64,000 nt of DNA from Nageia nagi (taxonomy: Eukaryota > Plantae > Pinophyta). The notes under the pieces were generated by a model. It saw only the letters and a list, made by a program, of their open reading frames with translations. It searched no databases and was not told where the DNA came from. Location: positions 10,602,001 to 10,666,000 of the forward strand of contig JBITNC010000002.1 in NCBI GenBank assembly GCA_050084985.1, in the 5' to 3' direction. This document shows positions 24,601 through 39,600 of the stretch, piece by piece. Position 1 is the stretch's first letter. The number at the start of each line of letters is the position of its first letter. The translations under genes and the position numbers were made by a program.

Positions 24601-27600
24601 CTTGTTTTGTCTGCTGCCGCTGCCATTAAAATCCAGAATAGAAACCCTTGGTGATTAGACGTTTTGTTGTGGATGACCTCCTTAAAATTTTTCACTCGAT
24701 TGTGCTGCCACCATTGAGAAGCCGTAAAATTGTTTGTCTCCGCCTTTATCTTTTCAATATCATATATTTTTGAACTATATGGTGTTGAGGATTTAAATTT
24801 GTTGATATTACTTGGTGATTTCTTTGATTAAGTGGGGATTTTTTTAAAACGTGGGATCCATTTTTAAATATTTTGAGAATATAATTTGGAGGTATAAGGT
24901 GTTTATTGGGTCATTTACATTATTTGGAGGTTTAATATTATTTGGGACTTTAAAATATTTGGAATATGTTATTTGCAAATTAAATATTTTTTGAGAATTT
25001 GGTGTTATAAGGTTGGATAATGCGGACGGAAGGATCTTATAATGCATTCATCAAATTTTTTGCTAATATGGGCCCCACATGAATTTGATCGAGAAATTGA
25101 ACTATTTGGCTAAGATGCTGTCTTCCAAGTCCTGGAGCGATATGTATAGGCATTTCAACACAATTTTGATTTTGTGCCAAAACCTCTTGATTGTGAATCT
25201 CTTGACCATCCAATTGCAAAAGAAGAAGATACTCATAGTGATAGTGTCATCAACGTTTTTCCCCCATAGCCTGAGGTTGAACTCATGGTTCTGAGCAGTG
25301 ACGACGAAGATAAATTTGAACCAACTGAAGAGTGCATACTTGAACAAGAGCTAGTTGTGTTGGAATGTATAATGCATTATTGTAAAGGTTTGTGTTAAAT
25401 CTTCTATGTAAGTTCACTAATACTTAAGGGTATCATTTGATACCTTAAGTATTTAAGTGAATATGATAATGTAACTTGTCTTACACTCCATGTCATGAGC
25501 ATGCCCCTTGGGTAAAAGGATGTGCATGTCATGCTTTTGTACATTGGATAAAAGGGTGATCCAAAGAGGGATTTTGGCCTATAAATAGAAGGCTCCTTCT
25601 TTGTGATCACACACCAATTGTGGAGTAAAGTTATGCTATAGGATAGAACTATAGAAGTTGAGATTAGGAGGATTGTAAGAGAGTTGTATTTGTGATTGAA
25701 GTAAAGTTCTAGTTAGTGGATGTACTCCTAGTTGGAGGAACCACTTACATCTTGTGTTATCTTTGTGAAATTGCTTTGTGTGATAGTTAGATGTGAATTG
25801 AGAGCTTTCATGTGATCTTGGTAGATTAGGAATTATCTTGTTAGTTTTAATTCCTTCAAGTTGGTATTGAAGAATTTGTTCCATTTGAGTGTGTTGGTGA
25901 ATATACTTGCGCAAACCAACGATCAGAGACACTCATTGTTAGAGATGATGACCCACTAGCACAAGTTGAACCTTCAATGAATGATGAAATTATGGAAATT
26001 GAAAGACAAATACATGAGGCCGTTGATCGACCTCAATCAGTTTCCAGAAATTTGAATAATGCTTTGTAACTTTCTTGCTGAATTTTGTCTTACGAGCAAA
26101 GAAACGTTTTCAATAAAATAAAGCATTTGGTATTTTTTGGCTAAAAGTTTTTATACGGAATAGTTTATAAAAGTTTTTGCAACTTTTATCACTATGCATT
26201 CTCTAGTCAGCATTATTGGTGTTGTCCTAATTGGAACAATCAACTGGTCCGAATGGCATCGCAAATTGAAGCACACCCTCATCTTCAATAATTTTTGGAC
26301 TGACGTTTGTGATAGTGACACTACGCTTGTCAAACCAATTGATGCAAAAGAGTTGGCAATATGGAACACTAAGAATTGTAAGGCGTATGCTTTAATCTTT
26401 GCTTTGATCAGTGAGGAGGTTAACAAACACATCACCTCCATCGATGATGCATGGAGTGCTCTTAAAAAGTTGCGCGAGTTGTACGACCTGCACTCGAGCT
26501 GGAGCTAATCCAACTTCAACTGAAGCTTTTCAACTTACAATTGCTAAATGACAATCCCATGCCTTTTATTACAAAAAATAGAGCAATCATGCACAACATC
26601 GCAACCATTGTTGTCAAAATCGACATTGCTCTTGCGACACTCATCAAGGTCCTGAAAGCCACATATTCAACATACCTCAAATCACTCCAAGCAAGTGGTC
26701 AACTAAAGGCGCTCACGTTTGACACCTTGGCTGCAAAGATTGCAGAGTGCGAGAAGGCGTTCAGGAAAAAGGTTAGTGATTCTACTTTTGACACGGTGTG
26801 CGTCACTCAAACTGGGAAGAATGCATCCTTCGATTCTTCTCAAGGAGAGAGCAACAACATAGGATGTGGTCGAAGAAACTCCAGAGCTAGGGGAGGAAAA
26901 AATCAAGGAGGTTATGGAGATGAGTGATCGGTCCCATCATTGCATTTGATGCGATAAAGGAGGTCATGAAGCCAGTACTTATCGTACGCCATGGGAGAAG
27001 ATCAAAGAATATAGAGAAAAGTGTGACTAAAATGGTGAGCATAGTAAGAACTCTACATTTGCTCATTTCGTTACAACAAAATGTAAGGTTGGTCTCAGCG
27101 ATCTGCTGAACACTTCATACGCATCTTGGGAGGATGCGTGGTTGCTTGACATTGGAGCTAGCTGTCACATAAGCTTCAAGCGAGACTTCTTTGAATATTT
27201 AAATGAAAACATCAATGGTGCTATTTACTTTGCATATAGATCGAGCATTAAACCATCTGGAATCAGAACTATCAGGCTTAAACTCCTAGGTTATCCAGAC
27301 ATTCTGTTGAATGATGTGCTTCATCTTTTAGAATTGCAATGAAACTTGTTCTCTCTTGTTCTTGTTCGTCAACAAGGACATTCCATCCATATGTTTGATG
27401 GAAAGGTGGAGATTAGGAGGTCTTTTGACAACTAGATTTTTATGCTTGGACTAGAATATGAAAAATTATTGAAGCTAAAGGGTACCTCTATTTGTTCAAA
27501 GAATTTTGCTTTCCTAGCCCATCAAGAAAAAGGTACACTTCCCTGCAATTTTTTGTGGCATGCATGATTTGGACATTTTAATTTTGATGACCTTTGTCTC

Positions 27601-30600
27601 TTAAAATAATGTGGTTTTTTTGGTTTGCGTACAATCCCTCGAAATGTTGAACCTTATGAAGCATGTATTCTAGGCAAACATCGCAAGCAACGTTTTTTAG
27701 ATTGTCAATGCAAAGCTAGTAGGAAATTAGAACTCGTTCACTCTGATCGTTGAGGTCCATTTCCCATCTCTTTTGTAGCCAGTAATTGATATCTTACAAC
27801 CTTCATTGATGATTATTTTCGGATGTGTTGGGTCTATATGTTGAAACACAAGTCGGATCCCTTTTCCAAGTGTAAGGAGTTTCATGCTAGTGTAGAGAAT
27901 GAAGCTCGTACTTGTCTTGGTATTGTCCTTGGGGGGGGGGGGGGATATACTTCTACTAAGTTCACCTCTTACCTCAATCAGCATAAGATCAAACATCAAA
28001 CCATTGTTTCTTATAATCCTCAACAAAATGGTGTTGTAGAACAAATGAATATGACACTTTAGAATATGGCTCGTGTTATGTTATTTTTCAAAAATGTGAA
28101 ATTAATGTTTTGGGGTGATGCAGTTTAATGTGTTGTCTAGTTGAGAAGCAAATGTCCTTCTCAAGCTCTCGACAACAAGATTCCATTTGAAATGTGGTTT
28201 GGCTGTGTTCCTTTTGTGCGACATCTCAAGGTTTTTGGTTTCACTTGTTATGCGCCCATTCCTAAGGAACAATGACACAAGCTCAGAGTTCGGAGTCGCA
28301 AATGTATCTTCTTGGGATACTCAGACACAACCAAAGGATACAAGCTTTTCGACAAGGTAAACGAGAAGTTTCTCTTTGCCAGAGATGTTATGTTTCTTGA
28401 ATGCTCCAAGAGTGATGATGCTGTAGAGCGGTAGCGTTATTTTTCTTGAATGCTCCAAGAGTGATGATGTTGTAGAGCAGTAGCTTGATCACCTTGATCG
28501 GTTTACTTGTGGGAAGCTTTATATTGAAGCAAATTATGAGATTGCAAACCTTGAATGGGGAATACCAATCTTGGATCACAGTTTGGAATCTACACCACTT
28601 GTTCCAAAAGAACAAACACCTCTGTCAGCAGTTTCTTCTAGTTCTTTAGTGCCTGCATCAGTGAGCCAGTTGGATGATGTGATTGAAGGGATTTGACGAT
28701 TGAGTCTTGCAGGTAGTGAAGCACCAACTCAGCCCAGTGATGAACTAGGACCGTCACAAAAGATTCCAAAATGGGCCTCGAAAACACTTGAGAATGTTCA
28801 ATAGATGTTTTTGATTTTTCTAACGATGGTGTGGATTGTTCTTTTGACATGGAATTGAATTTTTCTACTGATTTTGAGCCAACTTTCTTTAAGGAGTCTA
28901 TTTCCCATGATGCTAGGAAAGAATCCATAAGGAAAGAGTATGATGCTTTTATCAAGAATGGGACTTGGAAGCTGGTTGATCCTCCATATGGAACCAAACG
29001 AATAGGTTGTAAGTGGGTCTATTGAAACAAGTACAATCAGATGGATCACTTGACAAACAGAAAGCGAGGCTAGTTACTAAGGATTATGCATAGAAGGCAT
29101 TGATTATGATGAGACATTTGCTCCTACAGCCAAATGGGCGACCATTTGTCCTTTGTTGGCTATGCCAGCTCAACATGTATGGAAACTACATCAGAGGGTT
29201 GTGAAAACAACATTTTTGAATGGTGATTTGAAAGAGAATGTGTACATGACTCAACCTGTAGGATTTGCAATAAAGGGACAGGAACATAAGGTGTGTAAAC
29301 TCATCAAATCTTTGTACAATTTAAAGCAAGAACCTCGCGCATGATATGAAAATTTTATTTAACATCTTTTGAAGATTAATTTCAAGCACTTTAATCTTGA
29401 TGATGCAACTTTATTTGTCAAGAAAATTGGCAAAACAGTTGTATATGTTATGGTGTATGTAGATGATCTTTTGATAACAGGGAACAATGAAGGATTAATT
29501 GCATTAGTGAAACAAGATTTGAAATGATTGATATGGTGCATCTTCATTATTACTTGGGTGTTGAAGTGACTCAAGCATCACAATACATATTTATTTCCCA
29601 GAAGAAGTATGTTGAAGAAATGTTGAGTAAGTTTGGCATGATTGATTGTAAGCCACTTATACTCTACATAATCTGAACTTGACATTAGTTGAAGGGAATC
29701 CATTCGAAGATGCTACAAAATACAGACAAATAGTTGGAAGTCTCATTTATCTAACCACTATCAAACCTTGCATTTCATTTATGGTTGGAATTCTTTCTTG
29801 GTTTATGCACAAATCGTGTGAAGGCCATTGGATAGTAGTGAAGAGAGTTCTTTGATATTTGAAGGGACTCAAGATTTTGGTCTAAAATACTCCAAGGTAG
29901 GAGATTTCAAATTGATTGGATATTTTGATTCAGACTTTGATGGTGATAAGGATAATGGAGTTTCTACTTCAGGTTATCTTATGAGTCTTGGATCAGCAGT
30001 TGTTTCCTGAAGACCATGAAAACGATACGTTCCAGCAAATTCTACTATTGAGGTAGAGTATGTGGCTGCTGCAGAGGCAACAAAGGAGATTTTATGGCTC
30101 AGGAAAATACTAGAAGATTTTCAAGAGAAACAAGTGCTTCCCACTCCACTTCTAATTGATAATACTTCTTCAATCAAATTGGCCAAAAATCCAAAGTTTC
30201 ATGATTGAACTAAGCACATCAAGATGAAGTATCATTTGATTCAACATCAGGTAGAGGTCAAGACAATTTGGTTGAAACATTTTTCCACTGAAGATCAAAC
30301 TACAGGCATCTTCACCAAGGCGCTTGGAAGAGAGAAGTTCAGATAGATGCTCAAACTTACACCTACCCCTTCGGATTAAAGGGGGAATGTTAAGTTAATA
30401 ATCCTCTTGGGTTATTAATTTAACATATATATTGTAATAAGTCACATAATTACATGTGGCATTAGGAAGTTTATTTAGTTACATAGTTATGCAACTACAT
30501 TATAGTTATACAACTATAATGTCCAATTATTAATTGTGCACAAGTTTTTGATAATATCAATCATGGAGTTTGTTGATCGCCTTTCAGTCATAACTGGACT

Positions 30601-33600
30601 TTCTTGACCTTGTTTTCTGGCTTTGATACAATTGTTGGTTTAGAGAAACATAATTGAAAAACTTTATTATAAATGGTGAAATTTCCTATCAAGCCCTCAT
30701 GGTGTCAGCTTTCCTCTTGTGAGCAACATCGGATCATGTTTTAGCTTCTCTGTAGGGTTAGGCAATAGTTATGTTTCTTTTTATACTCAATGGTTTCTTT
30801 CTTTTCACACACACAATGTATTGTTGGAAGGAAATTATGCAACATCACATTTTAGAGTGACCAAAAACTTTAATAATGCTGTTTTAACATAACATTTGGT
30901 GTTATAGTTGTCACATTTTACATTATAGAAACAAAGCTTGGTGATACTTTCAGAAACTCACCAAGTAATTGGACAAGTTGATCTGGACAATCACTTACCA
31001 AAAAATTTCATCTTTTTCAAATAGTTCAGAAACTTATCAAGGTTTTTTTATGTTTGTTTTCCACTGAGCTTCTGCTCAGTTCTTAGTTGAGTTTTTGCCA
31101 AATCCAAGTATTTGAAAAGATTCCAAATCTGTCCTCTTTGTTTCTGATAGCAGTTTCAATTTCTGATTTGTGTTTAAGATCCATCTTTCATTTATTTGTT
31201 AACATTGATTTTTGTAACGATTCAAAGAACTATCCTTTTGGATGTTGGATTTAGGTTCTACTATTTTCCTATAAATAAGTTCCATGACGTGATATTTATA
31301 TTCCCTTTCATGTTTGAGCATGTTTGGTAAGACACTTTTCATGGGAGAAAAACTTTGGTCTTCTGTAGAAGATGTAAAAATATCGTCATATGGATTAATA
31401 ATACTTACGCAATGATAAAAACAACATTTCATAGTTAATCTTTCTTTGTTGCACGATAGGTCTTCTATATAACTGATGTTGATGTTAACGATGTAGTCTT
31501 CTAAGTGGCTTCATAAGTCCTGCTGAAAAATGCAGAACTCATTTGTTGTGCTTTTTCTGTAAGCAGGCTTACTTTGGCATTCATTGCCCTAAGAATAAAA
31601 AAGAAGCTGAGTCTGCCCGGAGGAGATTTATATTTGACGACTTTTTTTATCCACAGGTATACTGTTGATAAAGTGCTGGAACTGAAATTATTCTATGCTG
31701 CTCTGAACTTCTTTGGCGAAACCTAGAAACCAAATATGTTGTATATGTTTTATTTTTCACTTGTTCACCACTGTTAAAAAGAATGTTCTTTTGTTGTTAG
31801 CTTGTGTATCTATATCAAAAGTTTAATAAACAACTTATATAGCCCCAAGTTGAGTGGTGATACATACAATATAGTAATTGTATATTAGCTGACCAATCAA
31901 TTTTTCCTCTACAAGTTTCTATGTTTATGGAATGATCAGGGATATTTTGAAATTTAATATTAGATTGACATAGTACGAATCTTCTCTTGCCCATTTCAAA
32001 ACTTCCATTGAAGGACTTAATGTCTATTATTTGCAACTATGGTCTGTATTAAGGAGGCAAGTTTTGACATAAAATGTCAAATTAAAGGAATGTGTTCTTA
32101 TTGATCCACTGCCTGAAATTCCTACAGAGACAACGTATACAATTAGGATATATTTCAGTAAAGGTTACAAGTGTGCAAAAAGAAATCTGATCAAGGGTTT
32201 CTTTGGTATAAAAATGAGCAACTTGCTTCTAAAAAAGCACAACTTCCATGATATCAACATGTTTGTCAAAATTGAAGAATTATGATATCTACTTTTGTCA
32301 GGTTTGCACATCGCATTATATATAAAGATCTCTTTGCATTTAAGCTAGAACATCATGCAATTTTTAAGTAATCATGATTCATAAGATTTAAATAACATTG
32401 ACAATGTTCCAATTCTTGAGATGATTTTACCTTGAGCACATGAAGGACTCGGATGCTTTGTTATATGATTAACCTTATGATTTGCTATTTCATCTCTCGC
32501 ATCAAGAAAGTATTTAACTCCTAGAAAGTACATCCATAGAGATCAGGTTTCCTGTTTATCTTATTGTTTCTAGATTTTTTCATTTTCTCATTTAGCTCAT
32601 GTTTAATCCCAGAGCAGGGATAGTCTGGTTCAATTGTGGCTATTACTTGTTCTATTAAAGCATGTTTATATTCTAATGTTTTGGACTGTTTTGATGTTGT
32701 TAACCTTAGATTTATCATTTTAACTGTAACTTGCATAATGTTTTACTTTTAGACTAGTTGGTAGCAGTGCATGATTCAAAATATATATCAGGTTTAATAA
32801 AGGTGAAAAAAGGGAAAAGAATAGAAGAAAGTGTTTTGTATCTTCACCAAGCTAGTGATTCATATATATCCAAGAAACTAGAAGTAACTAAAAACATCAA
32901 ATGGTACTCCCCATTAGTGCAACACTATTGTGGGAAAACAAAAAGATTTTGTAACTAATGTTAATGGTTTGCCTACTGTTAAAAAATCAAGAAACTGAAG
33001 GCCACTCTAGATAAACCACAAGGTTTTTTTCCTTGATTAGGTCTTCAGTAAAGTTTCTCACTCTAAATATAGTTGCAAGAAATGAGAATCTCAGGTGATG
33101 TGCATGTAATATATGGCAAGGAGGAAAATGTGAGGCTTATTTTTTAGTGGTACAAAACATCTAGCATTTATTTGGCTATGGTTTCAAGTAGAATATAATG
33201 CTCTTTTCTCTTTTAGCCTCTTATGATGTAGAGCTCTTGTTTGTGACACTTGGATTGTTTCAGAAAACTCAAGAATATGTGGTATGTAAGTGAGAGGGAA
33301 GCATTGTTTTTCTCACGGAAGATGAGATGGAAACTACTTTCAAAGATGGAGCTACACTTCACGTTCACAACTTCACACATTTTCAAGGAAGATATAGCCT
33401 ACCTAGTTAAATCACATGTTTCTCAGATAGGAAAAGACATTAAGAGCCTCATAGATGATGATAGAGCTCAAGTGTTTTCTTTCCTTGTATATATTTCTGA
33501 AGACTTCCCATGTTTTTTGTGCGTTTATATATTGTAACACTATGCTAGCTAAAGTAATATAAAATGCATTTTGTCCAAAAAAATGTTTGAAGTTCATTTT

Positions 33601-36600
33601 TGAAGGATGATGGTCAATTAAGCACAAAGGGTGACAACTGTAGAAATTTTATAGCTGCGAAATGAAAATGTAATTGTTCTGGAGGGAATATGTATCTATG
33701 ATTCTCTGTAACTTTGTAATAATCTTTTATGAGTAATGCCTTATTTTCTATTTTGAACTTTTTACCGGATTTCTATCAATTAAAGGACTAATCCCATGTT
33801 CGTAAAAGTAAATTGTGAAGTATGTAGTATGCTTTGTATGTGTCCCAAGTTCATAGTGCTTTTTGACACAAAAATTAAAAATGTACAATTAACTGTCTCA
33901 AACTGCAAATTGATTAAAAGCCAATATGCAATATGGGATTTAGGATTATGCGAATTTAATGAGAGGACATGCAAAGAACTTATTAGGATTTTAGAAGATC
34001 CAAAGCTAGCTAGTAGGCAACTTGTGATCATGGGGGAAAACCCTAGGTGTAATGAGGTGATAAATTTGTAGGTAATTCCAAGATGATTATGAAAATGATG
34101 ATTCTAATTCTAAATCTGATTATGCTCTTAATGACATTAGTATAGATGTGTGAATATTCTAGAATGACCTAGTTCAATCATGGGAGCTGTTGAGGTTTGG
34201 GATTAGAGCTTTGCATTTTGGACCTACAGAGCTAGAGTGCTATGCATGTTTGACATTTTGGTACTAGGTGATAGAATGTTGACTGTTCTAGGTTTGTGTG
34301 ATGAAACATTAGGCAATTCAACTATGATGATAGAAGATGATATTGCACTTTTCTTGCTTGATCTTTGATAATGATAATTCTTGAACTTGCATCCTATCTG
34401 AAATGAGAACTTGGGAGTGCTTTATAAAGAATTCATAAATTAGATTTCAAGTTCACTTAGGTGAGTGAACTTCGAATATATTGCTAATTTACAAAAAATC
34501 AGTTAGCCTTGCAAAGTGGGTCTAGATTGACATTTTGCTTAAACCAAAGAAAACATTTAAATAAAATCATTTTTAATATATAAGATGCAAATTTAAGTGT
34601 CTACAGTTTGCACCTTTTGGGTATGTGGTTGAGGGAGATAACTCAAACCACATTCCCAAAATGATGAAGGATACAAAATTTTTGTGAAGTCTTGTGCTCT
34701 TGCCCTTATGTTGATTTTGCAAAATACATGTTATGCAAAATAGAAAAGCAAATTTTGAAAACACAAAATGATCAAACTTATCATGATATGGTTGGAGACT
34801 TGTCCTTCTAGTTGCCCCAAAGGTGTTGAAAGACAAGTGAGAGCTTAGATGAACACATTCTTTTATAGCAAAGCAAATGTTATGGAATCTATGGATTGCC
34901 CTTTTTCCTTTAGGTTGCTTGTGAAGGCTTAGGTTGAACATGGACCTTGAAGCAAAATGTTTGAAACTTGCAAAACAAAGATAATTGGGAAAGAATGGTT
35001 GCTTGTCTTGAGTGGTCATGGGGAACATGATAATTCTTGATAGTGATGAGGTATTGCTCTCTCCTTTGTCAGTTGCGATAAAACATGTAGTTGATAAAGC
35101 ATGAAACATAAATAAAACTTGATAATTCTGCAATGAATTAGCAAAGATTTTAAAATTTGATGAATTTAGCAAATGATAATTCAGAGCATAATAAGTTCAG
35201 AAAATGATATTTCAGAGAGCATGACATTTCATAGAAATGATATTTTCAAAATTGATAGTGCAGAATGGATATTTCAGCAACGCAGAAGTTGTTAATGTAG
35301 ACATTAAAATTTCAAAATGATAATTCTGAAGTGATATTTCGGAGATGATAATTCAAAATTTAATTTTTTCAATTTGCAAAAAATGATAATGTAGAAAATT
35401 ATAATATCAGCTGCTATTTTAGAAGATAATTGAACTAAAAAATGCATATTTCAGCCATGTGGGTAATTTTTTCAAATTTTTTAAACGATATAATGATTTG
35501 GATGCCTGGGTCCAGACCATGGGCATTCTAGGATGCTTAGTCCTAGAGCATTGACGTTCTAGACAAAATATGTCCTGAGATGCAAAGACACCGGGAAATG
35601 CAATCTAAAGAAGTATGAAAATGCAGTGATAAGTCAGAAAATGTCATGAAGGGATAAAATTCAAGCGTATCACCTTTTTAGATGCATGATGTTCATGGGT
35701 TGCAAAAGTTATCATCCATAGTCAATGACTTGTATGCTATGGGGAATGCTCCATTATTTGGAAAAATGAGTACTGTTCCTACCCTTGCTTTGGACACATT
35801 TGGAGGCATGAAAGAATGTTGTCCAAATGTATGCACACACTCAATTAGAAATTCTTCATTGAAGGGGTGAGTATTATTTGAAAGAGTTCTTGTTCAACCT
35901 TGAAGATAGTTACTCTAATTTGTGCAATAAACTTGGTTTCACCAAAATGAGTAAACAAATCAATCATAAAGATGCAAATCACAAAGTTAGAAAGGTAGCC
36001 TGCTAAAACTAGAAGAAACAATGAAAGTTTAAAACAAAGTTGAGGAGTTCCTTGTAAAGAAAAAACAAAATTTGAAATCAAAGACAGAAAGTCAAGAAAA
36101 AGAATGTGCACGCAGAAGGGAGAAACTGAATAATTATAGGGATAACAAGAAAACTGCTCAGTGCTGAATAAGATATGCATGAGACAAGAGGCTAGCTATG
36201 CAATTAACCTAGTTTTGATATATTCAAATATGCAATTTTTCTTACCATTAAAATGCAAGTGGAAGCTCATGCAGATTGATAATGCAAAACACAGGAAAAT
36301 TTGATAAACATACCTTGTTTGTTGTCAAATATGAAATGATAGTCCACATTCTAATTTGAAACATACCTTGTTAGTATTGTTAATTTAATCACAACATGAA
36401 ATAATTGTGACACGGGAATAGGACAAGTTACAAAATGGAATATGAAACAAGAGGGGGATTAAAAAGTCTTTTGAAAAGTGTTTGCTTGCTAATCTTCTTT
36501 GGCTCTGATTTTTCTGATTTTACAAAGATGAAAATAATGAATATATTGAAACAAAATGAGCACTTTGAAGATGAAATAGGAAACCGAAAGCAAGAGTAGA

Positions 36601-39600
36601 AAAGCAACTAGGAAACAAAGGATAAAGAAAGACAAAAACAATAAGTACAAAATAGAAAAAGTAGAAAATAGAATTTGAAAGATTTGATATTGCTGACCGA
36701 AACTTGGAAAATGGTGACTAAAGAATTGTCCTCTAAGGACATTACGCAACTATTTGCCTAATGAGGAAATCATTATGCTGGTATGAGTTGCAAATCCCAC
36801 CTTTTTGGGACTGTTCTCACCTTTTATTGGACTCTGCCCCATAACACTGTGTTCTAGGTGCTCTGGTCCCAGAATGACCACAATCTGTGTTTACATGTCC
36901 AAGAATGCCCATGTCATGTGATAAATTCAAATTGACATCTTTGGAATGATTGTTATGCTGAAAATACACTTTTGCACCTTATTCTAAGATTGTTTTTGCA
37001 AAACACTTTTTGATGGTTTTTCAATATTATTTACAACCTACTAAGGTAGCGGATTACTGAAGATTCCCATATTATGATTTTGTGGATGAACTTGTTCTGC
37101 TGGTTGAGTCTACTGGGTGGCTAGGGATCATCATTAAATATAATAATTTTTGGATAAATTAAAAAATATAATTGCTGATGTCCTGTGTTTTGGTGATAGT
37201 TGCAAGATTCTTCAAATCTGAAACCTTCTCATACGCTGCTAGGAAAATGATGATATTTTCTTGAAAGTAGCTGAATTATCTGCCCTTTTACCAAGGTATC
37301 CAAAACTAAGCTTAGGCTTTCTTTAAAGCAAGAATACTTCTTGTGAGGTCTTTGGCGTAGGTTTGTTGAAACCTGTTCTGTTTTACCACAAATGTTATGT
37401 TGTTGGTTTTGACTACTTGTTCATTGTTGTTGCGTTCATCTCTTTTTTGGTTGCATGTATGTTACTCTTTTCGTATTTCAGTGCACGCCATTGAGATAGA
37501 ACTGTTTCGTTTTTCTAGCATTTTGTGAATACTTACTTCCAAAGGTGAATCAATGAGATTGCATATGTGTCCTTTGAATGTTGGAAGAAGTGATTGTTGG
37601 AGAGTTTCCTTTAGGTTGTCTTGTTTAGTTATGATCTCAATGCCTTTCTTTTTCCATATATTTGGGAAGTCATTGAATTGTTGATTTGGCAACTATTTAA
37701 GCTTGTATAGATCCTTAAGGTAGCATTGTTAATTTTGCTAACTCAATTTGTACTTATACATTTTATGAATCACTTCTAAAGAAGAGTTGCAAATCCACCA
37801 AAAATGATAGCAAGTGAACAAAACCAAATGAACATAACTCACACAAAGATTAATACAATGACATAATAAAAAGACCAAATTTTAGCATTTCGATGGATTT
37901 TTGTGCTGCTCTCAAAATATTACATACAGTCCCAATGAATACACAACAAAACAACACTATAAAGTGAAGAAGAAAATGTACAATGTATTACATATTGAGT
38001 AAGACCCATCAGTTTCCAATGCCAATTGGACTCCCATGCCATTTTTCGTAACTCCCACACATATCTCGGCTTGCTTGGAGCTCAAGAGACATTTTCAACT
38101 TTTTGAATCAGAAATAGACATCAATTTTCTCTTAAAAGTGATCAACAAGATCTAGTCCTCGAGAAGAAGAGCACCCTTAGCAAAAAAGCCGCAAATACGA
38201 TCAACAATTATCATTGAGATCAAGTCCTCAAAAGGAAGAGCACCCCATGCCCTCCCTTGGAGAGACCCAAGATTGATCAGCCTTGGTTACTCAGTGCCCA
38301 CTATGTTGTTTTTACCACAAACTTTAGGGTTTGGGGTCCAACTAGTCTTAGTCTTTATACTTTTCGCTAGTTTTTCAAACTTAGAGTGGGCCTTGTAGAG
38401 GCCTTGTTGGCTATCCTACTATTTCTTGTATCTTGTAGTTCCATTGACCGCTTTTGGTCACCTATGGACATTAATATATTTTCATTCTTTCTTTAGGCGT
38501 CACAGTTGATGTTGATTTTGAATTCTTGCAATATTTTATTTATAAGATCCTCAAAATCTTGAATATTGCCATTTGGTAACTCTTGATACTATAAAAGGGC
38601 ATCACTTGTTAGGATCTTAAAAATACTCTAGTCACGAGGTATTTATTATTGTTGAATTTTATTGTCTCATTCTTGAATCTTAGTATGTGTTGTCTAGGGA
38701 TTACGTACCATTGTATTTGGTGACATTCGGGATATCCTTTTCTAGTACCGTGTAAAATCCCAATTCAACCTCAATGTGGATATTAGCCAAATAAATACTT
38801 AACTATATCAAATTCAGTCTTCAAGCATGCCACTTCTGATCTAGAGTATCAAATACACATAAATTGAGTCAAGAATGCCCACAACTCACTCTACAAGCAT
38901 AAATACCACTCAGATCCCCAACGTCATGCACCATAGACAATATTTCACCAAACGCACATAAATATGAGACAATAATGAGATCAAGTACTCCACGGTTCTA
39001 TTATTGATTGAAGGATGAGTACAATATGGAACAAGCCCAAGAGGGTTCAACGTTGGCCTCCAAGGAGCCAACTAGGGCATACAATGTGCTGAGATAGATC
39101 TTGAAACTGTTGTAGAACAATCACACACTACTAGTTTTGTGAATGCTACATTGAAGGGCTCCCTCACAAGCTAGCTTTCGACGAAGAGAACGGGTGTGAT
39201 TCCGGAATGCCATCAGATGGATTCAAAGTTGCAAACCACTTATGGATGCCTCAAGGTAGGGCAACCTCACAGCACGAACATTCACCTCAACCGCTAGTCA
39301 AAAGGTGTTCCACACCTCCTGGACTCTCCTTGTGCGCTACGCTCAAGGGCGCTTGACACCGCCCAGTCTTCGGTAACTCCGAAGAGAAGGGTTTAAATAT
39401 AAAATCAAGTCTATCTCCTAAATGAGACTCCTTTTCCTTATATAGCTCATCATTGGATCTGGATCTCATCTCAAAGTTATCACCCAACCTTCCTAATCCA
39501 ACATTGGCTTCCTAGAAGCCCCACAAAGCCCAACAAAGGTGCTTAGGGTTCAATCCAAGCCCAACGTAAGTATCTGGGCCCTTTACATGCTCAACATGGG

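Noticed and set aside
25358-25875. 5' LTR plus PBS (tggtatt) of the downstream Copia
   Set aside because: It does not match the sequence after the PPT at 30388 and is flanked by a perfect AGTTG TSD, so it is a solo LTR.
31651-31653. C-to-U editing site restoring Leu
   Set aside because: The gene is nuclear with spliceosomal introns; PPR-type C-to-U editing is organellar.
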